Shown here: positions 1 through 13,987 of the stretch, one piece after another
Numbering within the stretch: the first letter of the stretch is position 1
How the letters are laid out: each line of letters opens with the position of its first letter
Assembly (NCBI GenBank): GCA_951406725.2
Contig: OX597823.1
Coordinates: 74,958,001 to 75,022,000 of the forward strand
DNA: 64,000 bases
DNA from: Octopus vulgaris
Taxonomy: Eukaryota
Reading direction: 5' to 3'
Made by a program: the position numbers and the translations under genes
The notes under the pieces: generated by a model
Databases searched by the model: none
Seen by the model: the letters and a program-made list of their open reading frames with translations, nothing else
Told to the model about the DNA's origin: nothing

Positions 1-327
1 TCTTCTCTAATAATAAATGAAGTAAATGTGTATGATAAGTATTGACTACACATTCATAATATTCTTAAGGTAATTGCTGACATGTGTAAAGCGGAATTGG
101 GCCTCCTGAATTTAATGTGCAATTATGTTGTACTTCTATGGTTTTAGAATGCTAATCGATTTTTAATTACTGATAAATCCCTCATGCAATTCCCGGGTAA
201 CAATGGTATACCTAATCGCGTTCCATTATAATGTACCGTAAAAGAGGGAATACAAAGGCGTGACAGAGAGAGAGAGAGAGAAAGAGATGAGAAATGGAAA
301 GACAAGAAAATACTCCAACAAGAAACT

Positions 328-523
328 ATGACATTACAACCAGCCAGGAACAGTCTTCGCTACATTTGCGGCACATGCCAGAGGGAGAGTTTGTCCAGGA
401 TAGGACAACACAGCCACAGCAGGAAATGTATTAGGACAAGAAATGGAAAAGCCGGACTAGATTATTATATGCGGAACTCCATTTTCTCCCGAGACAAAAA
501 TGATGCCAACAGCAACAACAATG
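328..523 (+). mobile_element. RTE-clade LINE 3' end fragment
   Basis: ORF peptide YICGTCQRESLSRIGQHSHSRKC matches the C-terminal CxxC..SRIG.xSHxRxC motif of RTE/BovB-like LINEs; followed by a short tail ending in (CAA)n. Confidence 0.65.
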
Positions 524-778
524 TATGAATTATTGGTCATTTAATGATGCATATGATAATTTATTCAATTACTTATGTAATATTAACCCCAACAAGGCAA
601 ACGAATTAGAGAAAATATACTCATCCAGCTCGATGCCCAAAACAGGCAATTATGAATAAAATATATCCTTCAACTTATCGTTAAAAATTCCTCATCATTT
701 GTATTTAAGACAAAGTAATCAATATACATGAAACAAGCACACAATATATTAATTAAGAAAGGCATGGAAATATTACAC

Positions 779-867
<89 letters not shown>

Positions 868-949
868 TAAATCCTTAAAAATGTTTTAGCCCAAAGGCCA
901 CGGCCATACTGGGGCACCTCCGCTGAATGAGCTAATATGTGAATTCACC

Positions 950-1045
950 TACAGTCAATCTTCAGGTAATTGTAATATTTATCTTAGCGAGGTTTAGCTA
1001 AACCTCGCTAAGATAAATATTTCAATTACCTGAAGATTGACTGTA
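950..1045. repeat. Spacerless 96-bp palindrome inside a (TA)n-flanked element (~862-1326)
   Basis: tacagtcaatcttcaggtaatt...gaggtttag|ctaaacctc...aattacctgaagattgactgta, centre 997/998, about 2 mismatches. Confidence 0.9.
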
Positions 1046-1094
1046 ACCATAACTCGAATTATTACGGATTGGACAGCCATGAAACGATCGTAAT
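1025..1094 (+). ncRNA. Hammerhead ribozyme-like motif (type I, long stem II, short or aberrant stem III)
   Basis: attac-CTGAAGA-ttgactgt...acagccat-GAAA-cgaTC-gtaat: stem I attac/gtaat, intact core boxes, imperfect stem II; stem III register is ambiguous. Confidence 0.55.
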
Positions 1095-1325
1095 GTTTTA
1101 CTCATTATCTTTTATTAAACTTTTAATACTTTTGATATATATTTAAAATAATATAAATTAATTAATTTTATGTATTGGCTTAAGTGTTTCATTGTTTGAT
1201 TTGCTTAATAGTGGTTTTATCTCTAATTTAATATAATATAATATTTTACTATAAAATTGGATTCAATCCTAAATCTGATTTTTCGCTGTAGGTTTGGATT
1301 TACTCCCTAATATTTTATTATTAAT

Positions 1326-1442
<117 letters not shown>

Positions 1443-1601
1443 TCGCCATACTAATATGGCATTCTTATAAAAATAAGAAAAAAGCTGTCCGCTTATTAGC
1501 TCCATGAGGCCATCGCCTTAAGTTAGCTATTTGATACACAAACTGTATCCATATAACCTTCGAACAAGGGAGGTCAGTCGCTCCACACTACTTGACCGGC
1601 A

Positions 1602-1643
1602 GCTACAGACGCGTTTCGGAGTATTGCCCCTTTTCAATGCAGC
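1602..1643 (-). ncRNA. Minimal type I hammerhead ribozyme, U3-A8 core variant
   Basis: Exact reverse complement of 2114-2155. Confidence 0.8.
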
Positions 1644-2113
1644 GTAGCCAGCCAGTAGGTGTCGCTTCCGACAATCTCTGTTCGATGGTTTTTATTTACC
1701 TAGTTTCGGTGGAATACATCCACTTGTTTTCAATAATAGAAATATTAAAATAACTAAGTCTCTCTAAAAGAGAACAGCGGCAGCGTTCCCGGAAAATAAT
1801 AGTTATCGCCATACTAATATGGCATTCTTATAAAAATAAGAAAAAAGCTGTCCGCTTATTAGCTCCATGAGGCCATCGCCTTAAGTTAGCTATTTGATAC
1901 ACAAACTGTATCCATATAACCTTCGAACAGCTTTTTCTTATTAGTATGGCGATAACTATTATTTTCCGGGAACGCTGCCGCTGTTCTCTTTTAAAGAGAC
2001 TTAGTTATTTTAATATTTCTATTATTGAAAACAAGTGGATGTATTCCACCGAAACTAGGTACATAAAACCATCGAACAGAGATTGTCGGAAGCGACACCT
2101 ACTGGCTGGCTAC

Positions 2114-2155
2114 GCTGCATTGAAAAGGGGCAATACTCCGAAACGCGTCTGTAGC
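2114..2155 (+). ncRNA. Minimal type I hammerhead ribozyme, U3-A8 core variant
   Basis: gctgca-TTGAAAA-gggg caata ctcc-GAAA-cgcg-TC-tgtagc: 6-bp stem I, 4-bp stem II, palindromic ACGCGT stem III, GUC site; C3U/G8A preserves the 3-8 pair. Confidence 0.8.
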
Positions 2156-2418
2156 TGCCGGTCAAGTAGTGTGGAGCGACTGACCTCCCTTGTTCGAAGG
2201 TTATATGGATACAGTTTGTGTATCAAATAGCTAACTTAAGGCGATGGCCTCATGGAGCTAATAAGCGGACAGCTTTTTTCTTATTTTTATAAGAATGCCA
2301 TATTAGTATGGCGATAACTATTATTTTCCGGGAACGCTGCCGCTGTTCTCTTTTAGAGAGACTTAGTTATTTTAATATTTCTATATATATATATATATAT
2401 ATACATACATACATACAC

Positions 2419-2449
<31 letters not shown>

Positions 2450-2670
2450 GGTGCATATGTCTGTTTGTCTGTGTTTGGCCCCCCAGCATCGCTTGACAAC
2501 CGATGCTGGTGTGCTTACATCCCCGTAACATAGCGTTTCGCCAAAATAGACCGATATAATAAGTACAAGCCTTACAGAGAATAAGTCCTGGGGCCGATTT
2601 GCTCGAGTAAAAGCGGTGCTCCAGCATGACCGCAATCAAATGACTGAAACAAGTAAAAAGTAACAGAGTA
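2450..2670 (+). mobile_element. SINE family A, 3' half
   Basis: Homologous to 3195-3400 (atcgcttgacaaccgatgctggtgtg...ccagcatg...aaatgactgaaacaagtaaaa). Confidence 0.85.
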
Positions 2671-2982
2671 ATGATTCGGTAAAAAAAGAATAGAACAGAA
2701 TTGAAATCAACTACTTCAGGGAACAAATATCGAGCGCAGACATGTACTTTATTAGCATTTTCGGAAACGAAATTTGACGGGAGAAACAAAAAATCATAGT
2801 CATGATATATATACAGCACCTTAATCATTTCACGTACACAAATACCTACATACCTAGAATCCTACACTTGTGATGTGAGTGCAATGTATCGTACCGATAT
2901 TTTAAAATAAAATAGTGCATGCTCTTATTGAATCAAACGTAAGTTGATACAAAATTAAATGATGTTTTCAAAGTAAATATAT

Positions 2983-3403
2983 AGGCGCAGGAGTGGCTGT
3001 GTGGTAAGTAGCTTGCCTATGAACTACATGGTTCCGGGTTCAGTCCCATTGTGTGGCACCTTGGGGAAGTGTCTTCTACTATAGCCTCGGGCCGACCAAA
3101 GCCTTGTGAGTGCATTTGGTAGATGGAAACTGAAAGAAGCCTGTCGTATATGTGTATATATGTGTGCGTGTGTATATACGTTTGTGTGTCTCTGTTTGCC
3201 CTCCCACCCCAACATCGCTTGACAACCGATGCTGGTGTTTTTACGTCCCCGTAACTTAGTGGTTCGGTGAAAGTGACCGATAAAATAAGTACTAGGCTTA
3301 CAAAGAATAAGTCCTGGGGGTCTATTTGCTCGACTAAAGGTGGTGCTCCAGCATGGCCGCAGTCAAATGACTGAAACAAGTAAAAGAGAAAAAGAGTAAA
3401 GAG
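2983..3403 (+). mobile_element. SINE family A (tRNA-derived head, CORE-like region, CR1-like LINE tail), full length
   Basis: A-box-like tggctgtgtgg, B-box-like ggttcagtccc, ggcaccttggg(g/c)aagtg core-like segment, (agtaaaag)n tail; multiple copies in window. Confidence 0.85.
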
Positions 3404-4729
3404 CATATGCTAATGACAAATATTTTGGTGAATGTTTACTGTCATTATAATAAATATTTTTTCCCGAAATAATTTTACACCCCCATAGTATTGATCACTG
3501 GAAATCGGAACTTCGTATGTTAGCTTATGAAAGTTTTAAAAAGGAAAATAGAAATGCACTAAATTTTGTGTGAAGACAGAAATTGTCTGTAGGAATATCT
3601 TCAGTAGGAAAAGTAAATAGACTTTATATAAATGTGAAGATATCCCGCCACTTTCTGTCAATAAGTATATATCCGTGAATACATTAGAACATAAATACAC
3701 GCATTGAATGACAACTATAACACAACGTACGTATGTACTGAATTTGAAGCAAACATTACTTAATGACATATGCATACATATTTGCATGCAGTCACATGAG
3801 CTAACACACACTCTCACACACAAAACACATTCATGCAAAGCTTAATATGTAGATTATAATTATATTTCCTATTGTCATCATGTTTAAACTATCATTATAT
3901 TTTATTATATTACGCATCTGAACAGGCGTTCATTTCATGCTTATAGAGATATTCCCTGAGACGCTTCACGCAAAACCTATTTTTGCGCTATTCGCAATAT
4001 ATCTCCATTACTATTGTATTGTTGATTTCTGTAAATTGATTTCAAACAATATTTTAATAAAACTGCGTTTATTAGAGCAATTATTTGCAAGTAAAGTGAT
4101 CGTAATGCAATTTTCAATACTTTCGTCTCTCTTCCTCTGAATAATCGACATATTTCTGTGGCACTATATATCTAGACAAAATATTTTTTGTTTAGATGTT
4201 CGCTTGCGATCTAATAAGACTGCACCTGTTTCTGGTGCATATATTTTATAATCGATCAGCTATGAACATCGATTTGTATCTGTATACTTTAAGACCTCTT
4301 ACTATTGTATTTGTCGATGCACTTATTTCTTATATGATACGGAAGGACTGTTTTTAAATAGGAAGAATATTTCGAAGGGCTGCGGTATCTTGGGATGAGT
4401 GAGTCGCTGCTGTTGATTTCAGTACTGATTGAGCTAAACGATAGTGCTAAACCACCGAAGTTACTTCGCTCATTTCTAATATCAAAACAGGATGGAAGTG
4501 AATGCTTGCCAACGTAGAAAAGTGTGAAAATAAATGTCACATAACAGTCTCTAACTAGTTAGGTTATTCACTATCTATGAGATATATGTATATTCATGTT
4601 TACACTTTTCTGTCAGTGTGGAACGATAAAGTAAAATAAAAATATGAAATGAAGAAATTGTGTTGCTCATTCCATAATGAAAGTGATATGAATATCAAAG
4701 TTTGCTGAAGCTATGGACAATTGTTAGAA

Positions 4730-6480
4730 GTTTTCCTTTTATTAAGTATTCTAGCGAACCTTTTCTAAGTCATCTTTAAATAGGAAATAATTTACAGTTT
4801 GTCCATAGCAACTGTAACCCATGGTAGTTAACAGGTTTGTTAGTGGGGTCACAACAAGGCAGTAAAATAAGGAGGGTCAATGATTTTCCTAGGGAAATCC
4901 CTCGTTTAATGGGTATTGGTCAGGTCTTCATGTCTTGTGATTTAATTCTCACAGTTATGCTTGTCTTCCAGTTTGCAGTTTGCAATTGCACAGCTGATAT
5001 ATTATAATAATTTAGGATGTACTTTATATGTGTGGAGAGACTCCAGTTTCCATAAGAACGGAACACTGTCGATCGTCTGGCAATCATTTGAAATCCTATT
5101 GAGAGTTGATTCTCTCTTTTTTACAGTCCCCTGTACTGGTTCAATGCACCAAAAGCTACTCTTTATATCCATATATCAGTTTCTGGCATCCTGTTTGCTT
5201 TGGTAATCAATGTTGTTTTTCTGGTGTGTTACAAGCGGCCGGTTATAGATACCTGATGTGACGGATTTATAGTTTGTTTGTAGGCATGTTATTGGCCTAT
5301 ATTTTTGTAGTTGTATGGTGTCTTTGTTTTTGAATATTTACATGGTTTTTCCTTCCGGCATTCAGTTTGATGTTGATTCTGGCTTGCATATCATGAAGTT
5401 AAATGCTGTTGTTATGTGAATATGAGTACTGGTGAAGTGTTTAAACTAAAAGCAGTAAGCCATGTCTATCCATGGTATTTTTCAGTCACTGCTAGTCCTC
5501 AGTGTATCTGTAATCTTTTGGTTTGTAATGGTGAGTCATGCCTGTGGTGCTTTTTACACTTCTTTTCCATTTCCCTGTTTATCTATTGAGCATTTTTGTT
5601 CTATTTCTATCTGCCCTACGTTAGTTCCCAGTATGACTGAAATTGCGACATTTTTGGCATATGGTCTTTTCATGAAAATGCCTTGTGTTTATTTCCAATT
5701 TTGCATCTTCTCAGAAGGAAAAGTTTACGTTTGTTATACCGTTGTTTGCGGCATGTTTTTTGTTTTCTTTTACTTCCCAGTAATTTTTTTACTTCATATA
5801 GTGTATTCTTTTGTTAAATAGGTCTTCTTTTTATTTTTCATGGTTGATCCTTCTTTCTTTAATTCACGAAGTAAGGATAAGTTTTCTTGTGCTTCTTAGT
5901 TTTGTTTATTATATTCTCTTTTAACTTTGGTATTTGGAGACTTGGCTGACTTTTCTCAATCAAGTCCAGTTTCTTTGCAGAATACATGAGGTTGTTAAGT
6001 CTGTCGATATCTACTGTATCTTTTGATGTGGCCATTGTTTTGTAGGACTTCATTGAATATATTTGTTCTTTTTCAGGCTTGTTTATTAATTTTGTTTTAT
6101 AGTTTGGGAAGATGTTTACGCTGACTTGTATTAATCGACTTTGTGAAGTTTTCGTCTTCTATTTTTGTAGTTGTTTCAGTGAGTTCGTTCCGTGCAAGGG
6201 TTATAGTTGCTCTGGTATGGTTTGTGTAATTTGTTTTTTTTTTGCTGTTTTGTGTTTCAGCATCTACTTGTTTGAATATACATTTATGATCTGCTATGCT
6301 ATAATATAGACTGCTGATGCGGGTAGCTGTAAAGTAATTCTACTGTGGTTTAGCTTGTCATGTACTATGTCCATGGTAACCTCTGCTGTATTACTTTTTT
6401 TGTGGTGTCCTTTGTGTTTTGGGGGATATAATGTCTGATGTGCTATTTAATGTTTGATTGTAGCCTAAATTATTGATTCT
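4730..6480 (-). mobile_element. Decayed R4/Dong-clade LINE (N-terminal region and RT domains 0-3)
   Basis: Minus-strand broken frames resemble PG.D.IHG..W.K, NYRPITCL.T.YK, Q.GC.K...G.K..LL and AFDSVP motifs; many stops and frameshifts. Confidence 0.65.
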
Positions 6481-6494
6481 CAGGTTTTTTTCCA

Positions 6495-6725
6495 GTGCGT
6501 GGCTTAGTGGTTAGGGTGTCAACATCATAATCATAAGATTGTGGTTTCGATTCCTGGACCGGGAGACGCATTGTGTTCTTGAGCAAAACACTTCATTTCA
6601 TGTAGCTCCAGTCCACTCAGCTGGTAAAAATGAGTAACGCTACGATGGACTGGCGTCCCGTCCAGCTGGGAAACACATACGCCATTGGAAGCGAGAAAAC
6701 GGGTCCATGAGCCTGGTTAGACTTT
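6495..6725 (+). mobile_element. SINE family C (tRNA-derived, CORE-like)
   Basis: gcgtggcttagtggttagg A box, ggtttcgattcc B box, ttcttgagcaaaacactt core-like; related copies at 39621 and 55328. Confidence 0.8.
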
Positions 6726-8034
6726 TTATTTTTATTATGTTTTCTACGAGCTTATCTATTTCGCTTTTGGGAACACTCTCTTCTAATCGAATGTTTCTTA
6801 AAATATTCTGTGTGATACGTTTCTTTATATTTTTATTATTTTCCTTCCATATATGTCTTTTATTCATTTTCGTTTTTGGTATAATGATGCAGTGTAGAAT
6901 ACATATATAATACTTCAATCAAATCGTCATCTGTCCCTTGTTCTATTTTAGTTTTCATTTTTGCTTGGGGTGTAACATTATAAGATGTGTCTGTCTACCG
7001 CTAACTTTTTCACAGAACACCGTCTCTTGACGTGTGCTACGACTTCTTTCCAGTCGTAATTTCCTGGGACACAGATAGAAATTCACTATTTTTATTCTGT
7101 CACCAATATTTTAACTTCCAACCATATGTTCGCCGAATTTTTCGCGCGCTCTCTCATTTTAATTATATATACTCTTTTGGACACGTTCCTTAATCTTGTA
7201 AATACTCAATCTATAATTTATAATGCTCCCGTGCTTGTTGTAGTGATTTACTCATCCCCTTCTTTTAAACGTCATTGCCAAAATTGTATCATTCTTTCTC
7301 TTGCTAGCGTACATCGTCTGCCATACATGCGTTATATACCAATGTCAATGTTCAAGGTAGTAGACAATAAACAATTGCAGTTTTAAACATGGGTTAAGTG
7401 ATAGGTGATATGAATATTTACTTTAATTTTTTTTTTTTAAATTGCACTTTTCACTGTCCAATCATCACCCTTACCTTCATCAGCATCATCACCGCCATTA
7501 TAGTTTTCGATATCAAAGTTCAGTAAAAATTGCTTGTGAACGAATATACCATTTCATTTCAGTTCAGTTTTTTGTTTATATCTACTTTTTTTTTGTTTTC
7601 AATAAATATTTAATAAAATGAAAATGATTAAAGAAACGAAAAGAAAAACACCCACAGCTATTTTGCTGTTATTTCACTTGCACTGAATAATGTATCTTTC
7701 TATGATGAGTTTATTATTCTAACCATTTCTTGTTCGGTCCCCCGATCAATGTCAATGTGTTTAGATAGAGAAATAGGTCGACAGATAGAAGAAAAAAAAA
7801 TGAATATCAAATTATTATTTTTTTTAGTACAATAATGTATGATGTTTAAAATTTCCCTCTGCTACGCACATGTTCTCTCTCTCGCTCTCTCTCTCTCTCT
7901 CCCTCTATCTCCCCTATCTCTCCCTCCTCTTTCTCTTTCTCTCTCTCTTTTCCTCTTCTGCTCTCATTCTTTACTTTACCTTTCAAATAATCACATGAGA
8001 ACGTACCATATCTCGGCCTTAGTGTAGTAATATA

Positions 8035-9593
8035 AAATAGCGGCCATAATATTAGAGTCAGTAGGAACAGGTGTATTGAAATATTTATTATAGAAGATTA
8101 ACAAAAAGTTGAGGCTAGATAGTTTACACGTATTTAGATAGATCTTTCGGGAAAATTTCAAGTGATTAGAATAAATATTTCGTAAGTTATGAGGAAAGAA
8201 ACAAATAATTTTCCAAATTACAGCGGTCAAAATTTATTGGTCACTTAGAAATAATAACAACTGAACGAGGTAGTTGTTCTTTAGGAGATTGTTAATGGGC
8301 TAACAGCTATTTCTTATGATCGTATATTTTTGGAACATTCAACTGTTAAAATGGAGCCTTGTGAGATACGACCGGTCTCGTGTGATTAAAAGCAAGTCGA
8401 ATTTTGTGATAGAAACTACTATAGGAAGTTCTAGAAATGTTGTACAACGAATCGTAGCTCGTATTAAGTCATTATAATCGACAGCTGCTAAACCCAAAAC
8501 TGCTAGACCTCATGAAACGTCACCAAGACAGGATTGTATTATGATCAGAATGTTACTGAAGGATATGTTTAAGAGTGCTGCTGTGGTATCTCGCGAGTTT
8601 AGCGTCACTTCCCATGTCAACATATCGAACAAATCAATTTATAAGAAGTTACGTGGTTCAGGGATGCTTGCTCTGATCTCCAGGAAGAATCCGTTAGCTC
8701 GTCTTTGTTTCGATGACGAACATGTCTTTTGGACAGAAGTACAGTGGTTGCAGGTTCATTTTAGCGATGAATCGAAGTTTAATGTGATTGGTTCCCATGA
8801 CGGGATATACGTTCGATGAAGAAGTGGCGGAAGGTTATCTCCTGCATGTGTGAAGAAGTCAGTGAAGTATGGAGCAGGCAGTGTAATATTATGGAGAGTA
8901 ATCTCTGCTGCTGGTCCTGTTCCACTTATTTGCCTACAAGGGACTGTCAATGCTGAAATCTACAAACAGATTTTTAACATGCCCTTCCACATCTCTGATC
9001 CGCGTCAGTTCAACCTCCTATCTTCGTGCAGGAAAACGCTCCCTGTCACACTGCGGAGAGAGGTAAAACCTTTTTGAGTGACGAATGTGTTGAGCTCAAT
9101 GACTGACCACCTCAAAGTCCCGATCTCAACTCTATAGAAAATGTTTGGAAGACTATTGAAGATGGAGCATAAACGAGAGATCTACAGAAACAAGATGAAA
9201 TCGGGGAATTATTGAAAAGCGATTGGAAAATATTACTCAATCATTTTGCAACAAATTAATTCAGTTCTGTGGTAACACATGACCGGAGGTCATTGATAAT
9301 AAAGAGATGATCACAAAATATTAATAGTAAGGTTTTTTTTATTTATGTTCCATCTTACGTTGTTTTTCTGAGTGACACATAAAGTTTGGGCGTTGCAGTT
9401 GAAGATTATTTCTTTATTTCGTCATGCCTTACAAAATATTAATTCAATTCACTTGACATTTTCCCAAACGGTAGATAGCAGATATATCTAAAACTGTGTA
9501 AAATATCTAGTCTCAACGTTTTGTTAACCTTCTATAATAAATATTTCAATACACTTGTTCTTATTGACCATTACATTGTGGCCGCCACAGTAT
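8035..9593 (+). mobile_element. Tc1-family DNA transposon with ~220-bp TIRs; transposase pseudogene
   Basis: Broken ORFs with W..VHFSDESKFN, VKYGAGSVILW and PPQSPDLNSIENVW motifs; 8035-8260 is the inverted complement of 9360-9593. Confidence 0.9.
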
Positions 9594-11518
9594 AATTTAC
9601 TATTTTGTTTACAAATTACTGCTCTATTGTCATTAAACTAAAAAGAAAAGGCAAACAACTGCTGTAGAATAGTTGGTATTTAAATGCCAGACCAACTTTC
9701 ATAGGTCTGTCATAAAATTACTGAAATATATACAAAGAAAATGCCAGAGAAATCCTTAGTATATATTGGGTGCACATGAGTCATGGTAATTGTGCATTTT
9801 CCATATTTTGGTTTGTGAAGTATTGGCGATATAGATAAGCATGCATTTCCCCAAACTTCATAATCAGATGTTAAACAATATCGGTTAACTAACAACAAAG
9901 TTTTGAAAGTATCAGTGGATTAAGATTTATTTTCTCATTTAAAAAATCAACTCTAACCGAACACACATTTTTTGGACAATATTTGCGAACAGGTGTAAGT
10001 TATTCACATATTCTAACGTGTTGTCTAACGCCTATTTGAGCAAATGTAAGACCGAACAATTTTTCAATCACAAATTTTTTTCAATGATTTTTTACGACTG
10101 TTGTTATCATGTGAGAGAATTTGGCAATTATTTATAACAAGTTATGTGACCATGTACAATAATTCTATGCGATTATTGTAGCTATTCGAGTCATTGGAAC
10201 AACCATCGATTTAAAATTAATATTCCATTTTTCACACTGCGACCGAATGTTTATTGGGTAGCAATATCGGCCTTGTAATACTTTCAAATCATTAGTATAT
10301 GATACCAAAGTTTAACAAAGAGTTTTCATTTACAGGGTGGAGATTATGTTGGATAAAATTAATCTACAGATGAAATGACTGGAATGTCAAAATTTTGTTT
10401 TATTTATTTCAAAGTATTTAATTTTTGTCAGCGGATAATATTTTAATTACGTATCGATTTTCATAATGAAAATGGACTTCTGTCCAACAACCGACAGGAC
10501 ATTAACATGTCAAACAAATATTGTGATTTGACATAGCTTGAGAGGTTAAATGAGAAATATGAAATAATATCTTGTTAAACAGGGGGCTATTATATTCCAT
10601 AACAATGGTATATAGAAATGAGGAGACAGCTACCAAGAAGAATTGAAAGCCAAATATAAAATCTATAGTTATATATTTTCAACAATTAACGAGATAACTT
10701 ATTGCAGCCGTAAATACCCATGTTATTTAGGTTACGAAGAACGGCAACAGCCCATGGGAACTTATTAAAACAATAAGTTACAGCTTGAGGACTACTAGTT
10801 ATCTGATGTCGATGAAGAGCATACCGTTGCTTCCTTTTATCTGAATGGCATTTCGCTTTAAATGTAGAATTCAGAATGTTCAGATTCATTACCACAAATA
10901 AGCCAAGTAGATTGTTTTCCATACGATTGCTCACAACTATCCAAGAAGTTTGAATATTTGTGGCAGAATTATACATACCTAATACGTTTAGATTCATTAG
11001 AATTTTATTAATGTACGATCAATTTGTTTTTATCTGTCACTTCTAATTTTTACTAAATTTATCCCTAAACACATTTTTTAAATGATACCTTCACATTCAA
11101 TATAGATTTGTTTTAGTCTTTTTCAATATTTTGTATAATTTATTTAATACCATAAAAACAAAATTTTCACAATATCATAAAATTTTACTTTATTATAAAT
11201 TATAATGCCATTTTAAAAAATTCCAATAGCGAACAGTACAGCATATTATCCTTTTTATTTTTTATTTCTTTATTCTTTTCATGAAAATCTTATTTGTTTA
11301 AATGCAAAGAAAAAATGTACACATACGGAGCGATTATTTTCTACGTAAGGCAAAGTACAGGTTCATTATAAACCAGCATAAATGGTGAAATGCCAATCCA
11401 ATGCTCCAATTTCATTTTAATTTATTCTTTCAAACACAAGCGACCTTATATATGTATTTGTGTGTGTGTGAAAGAGAGACAGAGACAGAGAGAGACAGAG
11501 AGAGAGAGAAAGCATGCA

Positions 11519-11612
11519 TTTATATCGACGCAGAGTACACAGAGCATACGCACCTATATCGACGCAAAGCAGACACAGCGCACGCATTTATATCGACGCA
11601 GAGCACACAAGC
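11519..11612. repeat. Minisatellite, ~34 bp x3
   Basis: tatatcgacgca(g/a)ag... repeated three times. Confidence 0.8.
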
Positions 11613-11918
11613 GTACTTAGACAGATTCACGTATAAATACATACACGATTACGTATTTGTCTTGCAAGATATTTATATTGAAAAAGTTACTGTTATAGTT
11701 TAGGCAGGTCATGTTTTCCAATAAAACATACGCACTATGTATCCGGTACTTATTTCGTCAGTCCCTTTACGTCAAACCGCTAACTTATAGGGACGTAAAC
11801 GAACCAATAACGTTGGTCAACCAATAACGTTGGTCAATCAATAACGTTGGTCAAACTCTAAAATACAAACAAAATCGCACCCACATAAATGCTCTCTCTT
11901 TCTCACGCAATATATATA

Positions 11919-12993
11919 TACTGGGCCATCCAATAATGCGTTTTTTGATATTTTTATTTTTAAAACTTAAGATAAACAAAGTTCGTTTTTAATCTAAAAT
12001 ATACTCTGCTTCACTTTCTACAATACTCTTCTATCTATCTGTTAGATTTGCGAAACCCCCTCTTCCAAATACACTTGTCCGTGACGAAATCTACTAAATA
12101 TGATGGGGCTATGTCCGGCGAGTATGGTGGGTGGGGCATTGCTCTATGTAGCAAAGCATTATTAGCCTAATAGAAGACCACTTTTCATCTTGAAACCAAA
12201 CATGGTCGGCTTTCTTCTAGCCGCTCAAAATCCTCGTAGTTGATCACCATTGCTATCGTTTGGTTTGGGTTTAAAAGTTGAAAGTAAATTAAACTTTTAA
12301 TATCCCATTAAACAGGTTACAATAACTTACGTGGGTGAAGACGTTTTTAAGCCTGGGGTACCGGTGTTTCTCTTTTCCCAAACCACTGTTTTCGGCGCTT
12401 GATATTTCTCGTCATCCGTCACTAAATTCGTGAGATCTGACAGGAAAGAAGAGCACACAGTCACTCTCTGCCGTACAATTAAACGCGGAAAGTTTGTGAG
12501 GAACACATTTATCCAAGTTGCTGAATTTTTCGATGCAACACAGTAGTCGATGAATAGTTGAATAACGAAATCCTAGATTCTATGTTAGTTCCTCAGCAGT
12601 TACGATGGGATTTTGTCCCACCAGGGTTTGCAGGACTTCCACGTCGACCTCTACAGACCTTCCAGGACGAGGCTAGTTATCTAAGCTGAAGTATCAATCT
12701 CGGAATTTCTGTAACTACCGTTGACCCTGCCTTACGTTTATTCTCCGATTCCCATTAAATGCATTAATATTCGTCGCACTTTCCGTTGCGTTGTTGCCTT
12801 TCTTGAATATCCCGAATATGATCCTTTGCCATTTCCATTATAGCACTGAAGAAATGTTTGTTAAAATCGAAGTGCACACTTCAAATCTCGCACTTATTCA
12901 TATTTTGGGGCCAGATGATGCAGGTAGATTATCCAGTTTCCTTCCGACTTTTAGTTCATGCAATTGAAAACTCCGCTTTATTTATGGGATGAC

Positions 12994-12999
<6 letters not shown>
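11919..12999 (-). mobile_element. Mariner-family transposon, decayed
   Basis: TIRs tactgggccatcc.../...gggatgacccaata in TA context; minus-strand remnants of RPGRS (helix-turn-helix linker), HPRKLL and HPPYSPDIAP. Confidence 0.8.
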
Positions 13000-13044
<45 letters not shown>

Positions 13045-13671
13045 TTATTTGAGTGTACACAGACGCATGTATGCATAACATTTTCACTGACGGTTATGCG
13101 TGTTTATATATATATACATATAACGAGGCGCATGTATATATTTACATATGCACGCACACACATAATTGAATATGCATATATATTATTATATTTGAGTCCA
13201 TTGGCTATAAAACTGGCATATTCATTTCATGCTATTTTTAACGATGTATAACAATTCATCAAAAACTAGAACTTAGTTATAGGGGAACCTTATTTATGAC
13301 GAAAGAGAGAATTATCATATAATTCAACATCTTTGATAAATGTTATTGCTGTGTTGTAAGTATTTCACTTGGTTTATTGCACTATGTATATATTTGTAAA
13401 ACATTTAGTATATCTTGCATTTGTGTTCCACTACTACGACGGCAGTAAAAATTCAAATCGCCATAATGAAATATATTGCTTCCGAAATTCAATTAAATAC
13501 TTGAATATATACGGAATAATTTATACAGTTTAGTATTGATGCACTATAATATAGCGTTTACTTTTGATATATTCTCAGAAGCGTTCACACAGACCAACGG
13601 TCATATAAATGCAGGTATATAGACGCACTAGAACACGCTCACCTATACACGCATCAATACAGATATACAAA

Positions 13672-13753
<82 letters not shown>

Positions 13754-13948
13754 AGAGTATTGTGGTTAGTTTGAAGCATTGTCTATTGCTTGTAAACAAT
13801 AATAAATAGTAATAACGTGTTTTGAATGGCTCAACAATGCACTATAATAACCACAATGGACTATAATAACTAGTGTAATTTATTTCAGGAGGAACTGCTT
13901 TTACTGTATCAATAATCGCACTGTAATTCGAACACTATTCTTAATCCC

Positions 13949-13987
<39 letters not shown>

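Noticed and set aside
1946-2496. Duplicated ORF MAITIIFRERCRCS...
   Set aside because: Incidental frame inside the 362-bp non-coding repeat unit; no recognisable domain
9710-10997. Minus-strand ORFs in unique sequence
   Set aside because: No recognisable domain or convincing splice pattern by eye
11804-11853. 17-bp repeat x3 (ccaataacgttggtcaa), superficially CRISPR-like
   Set aside because: No spacers, eukaryotic context, within a SINE A remnant
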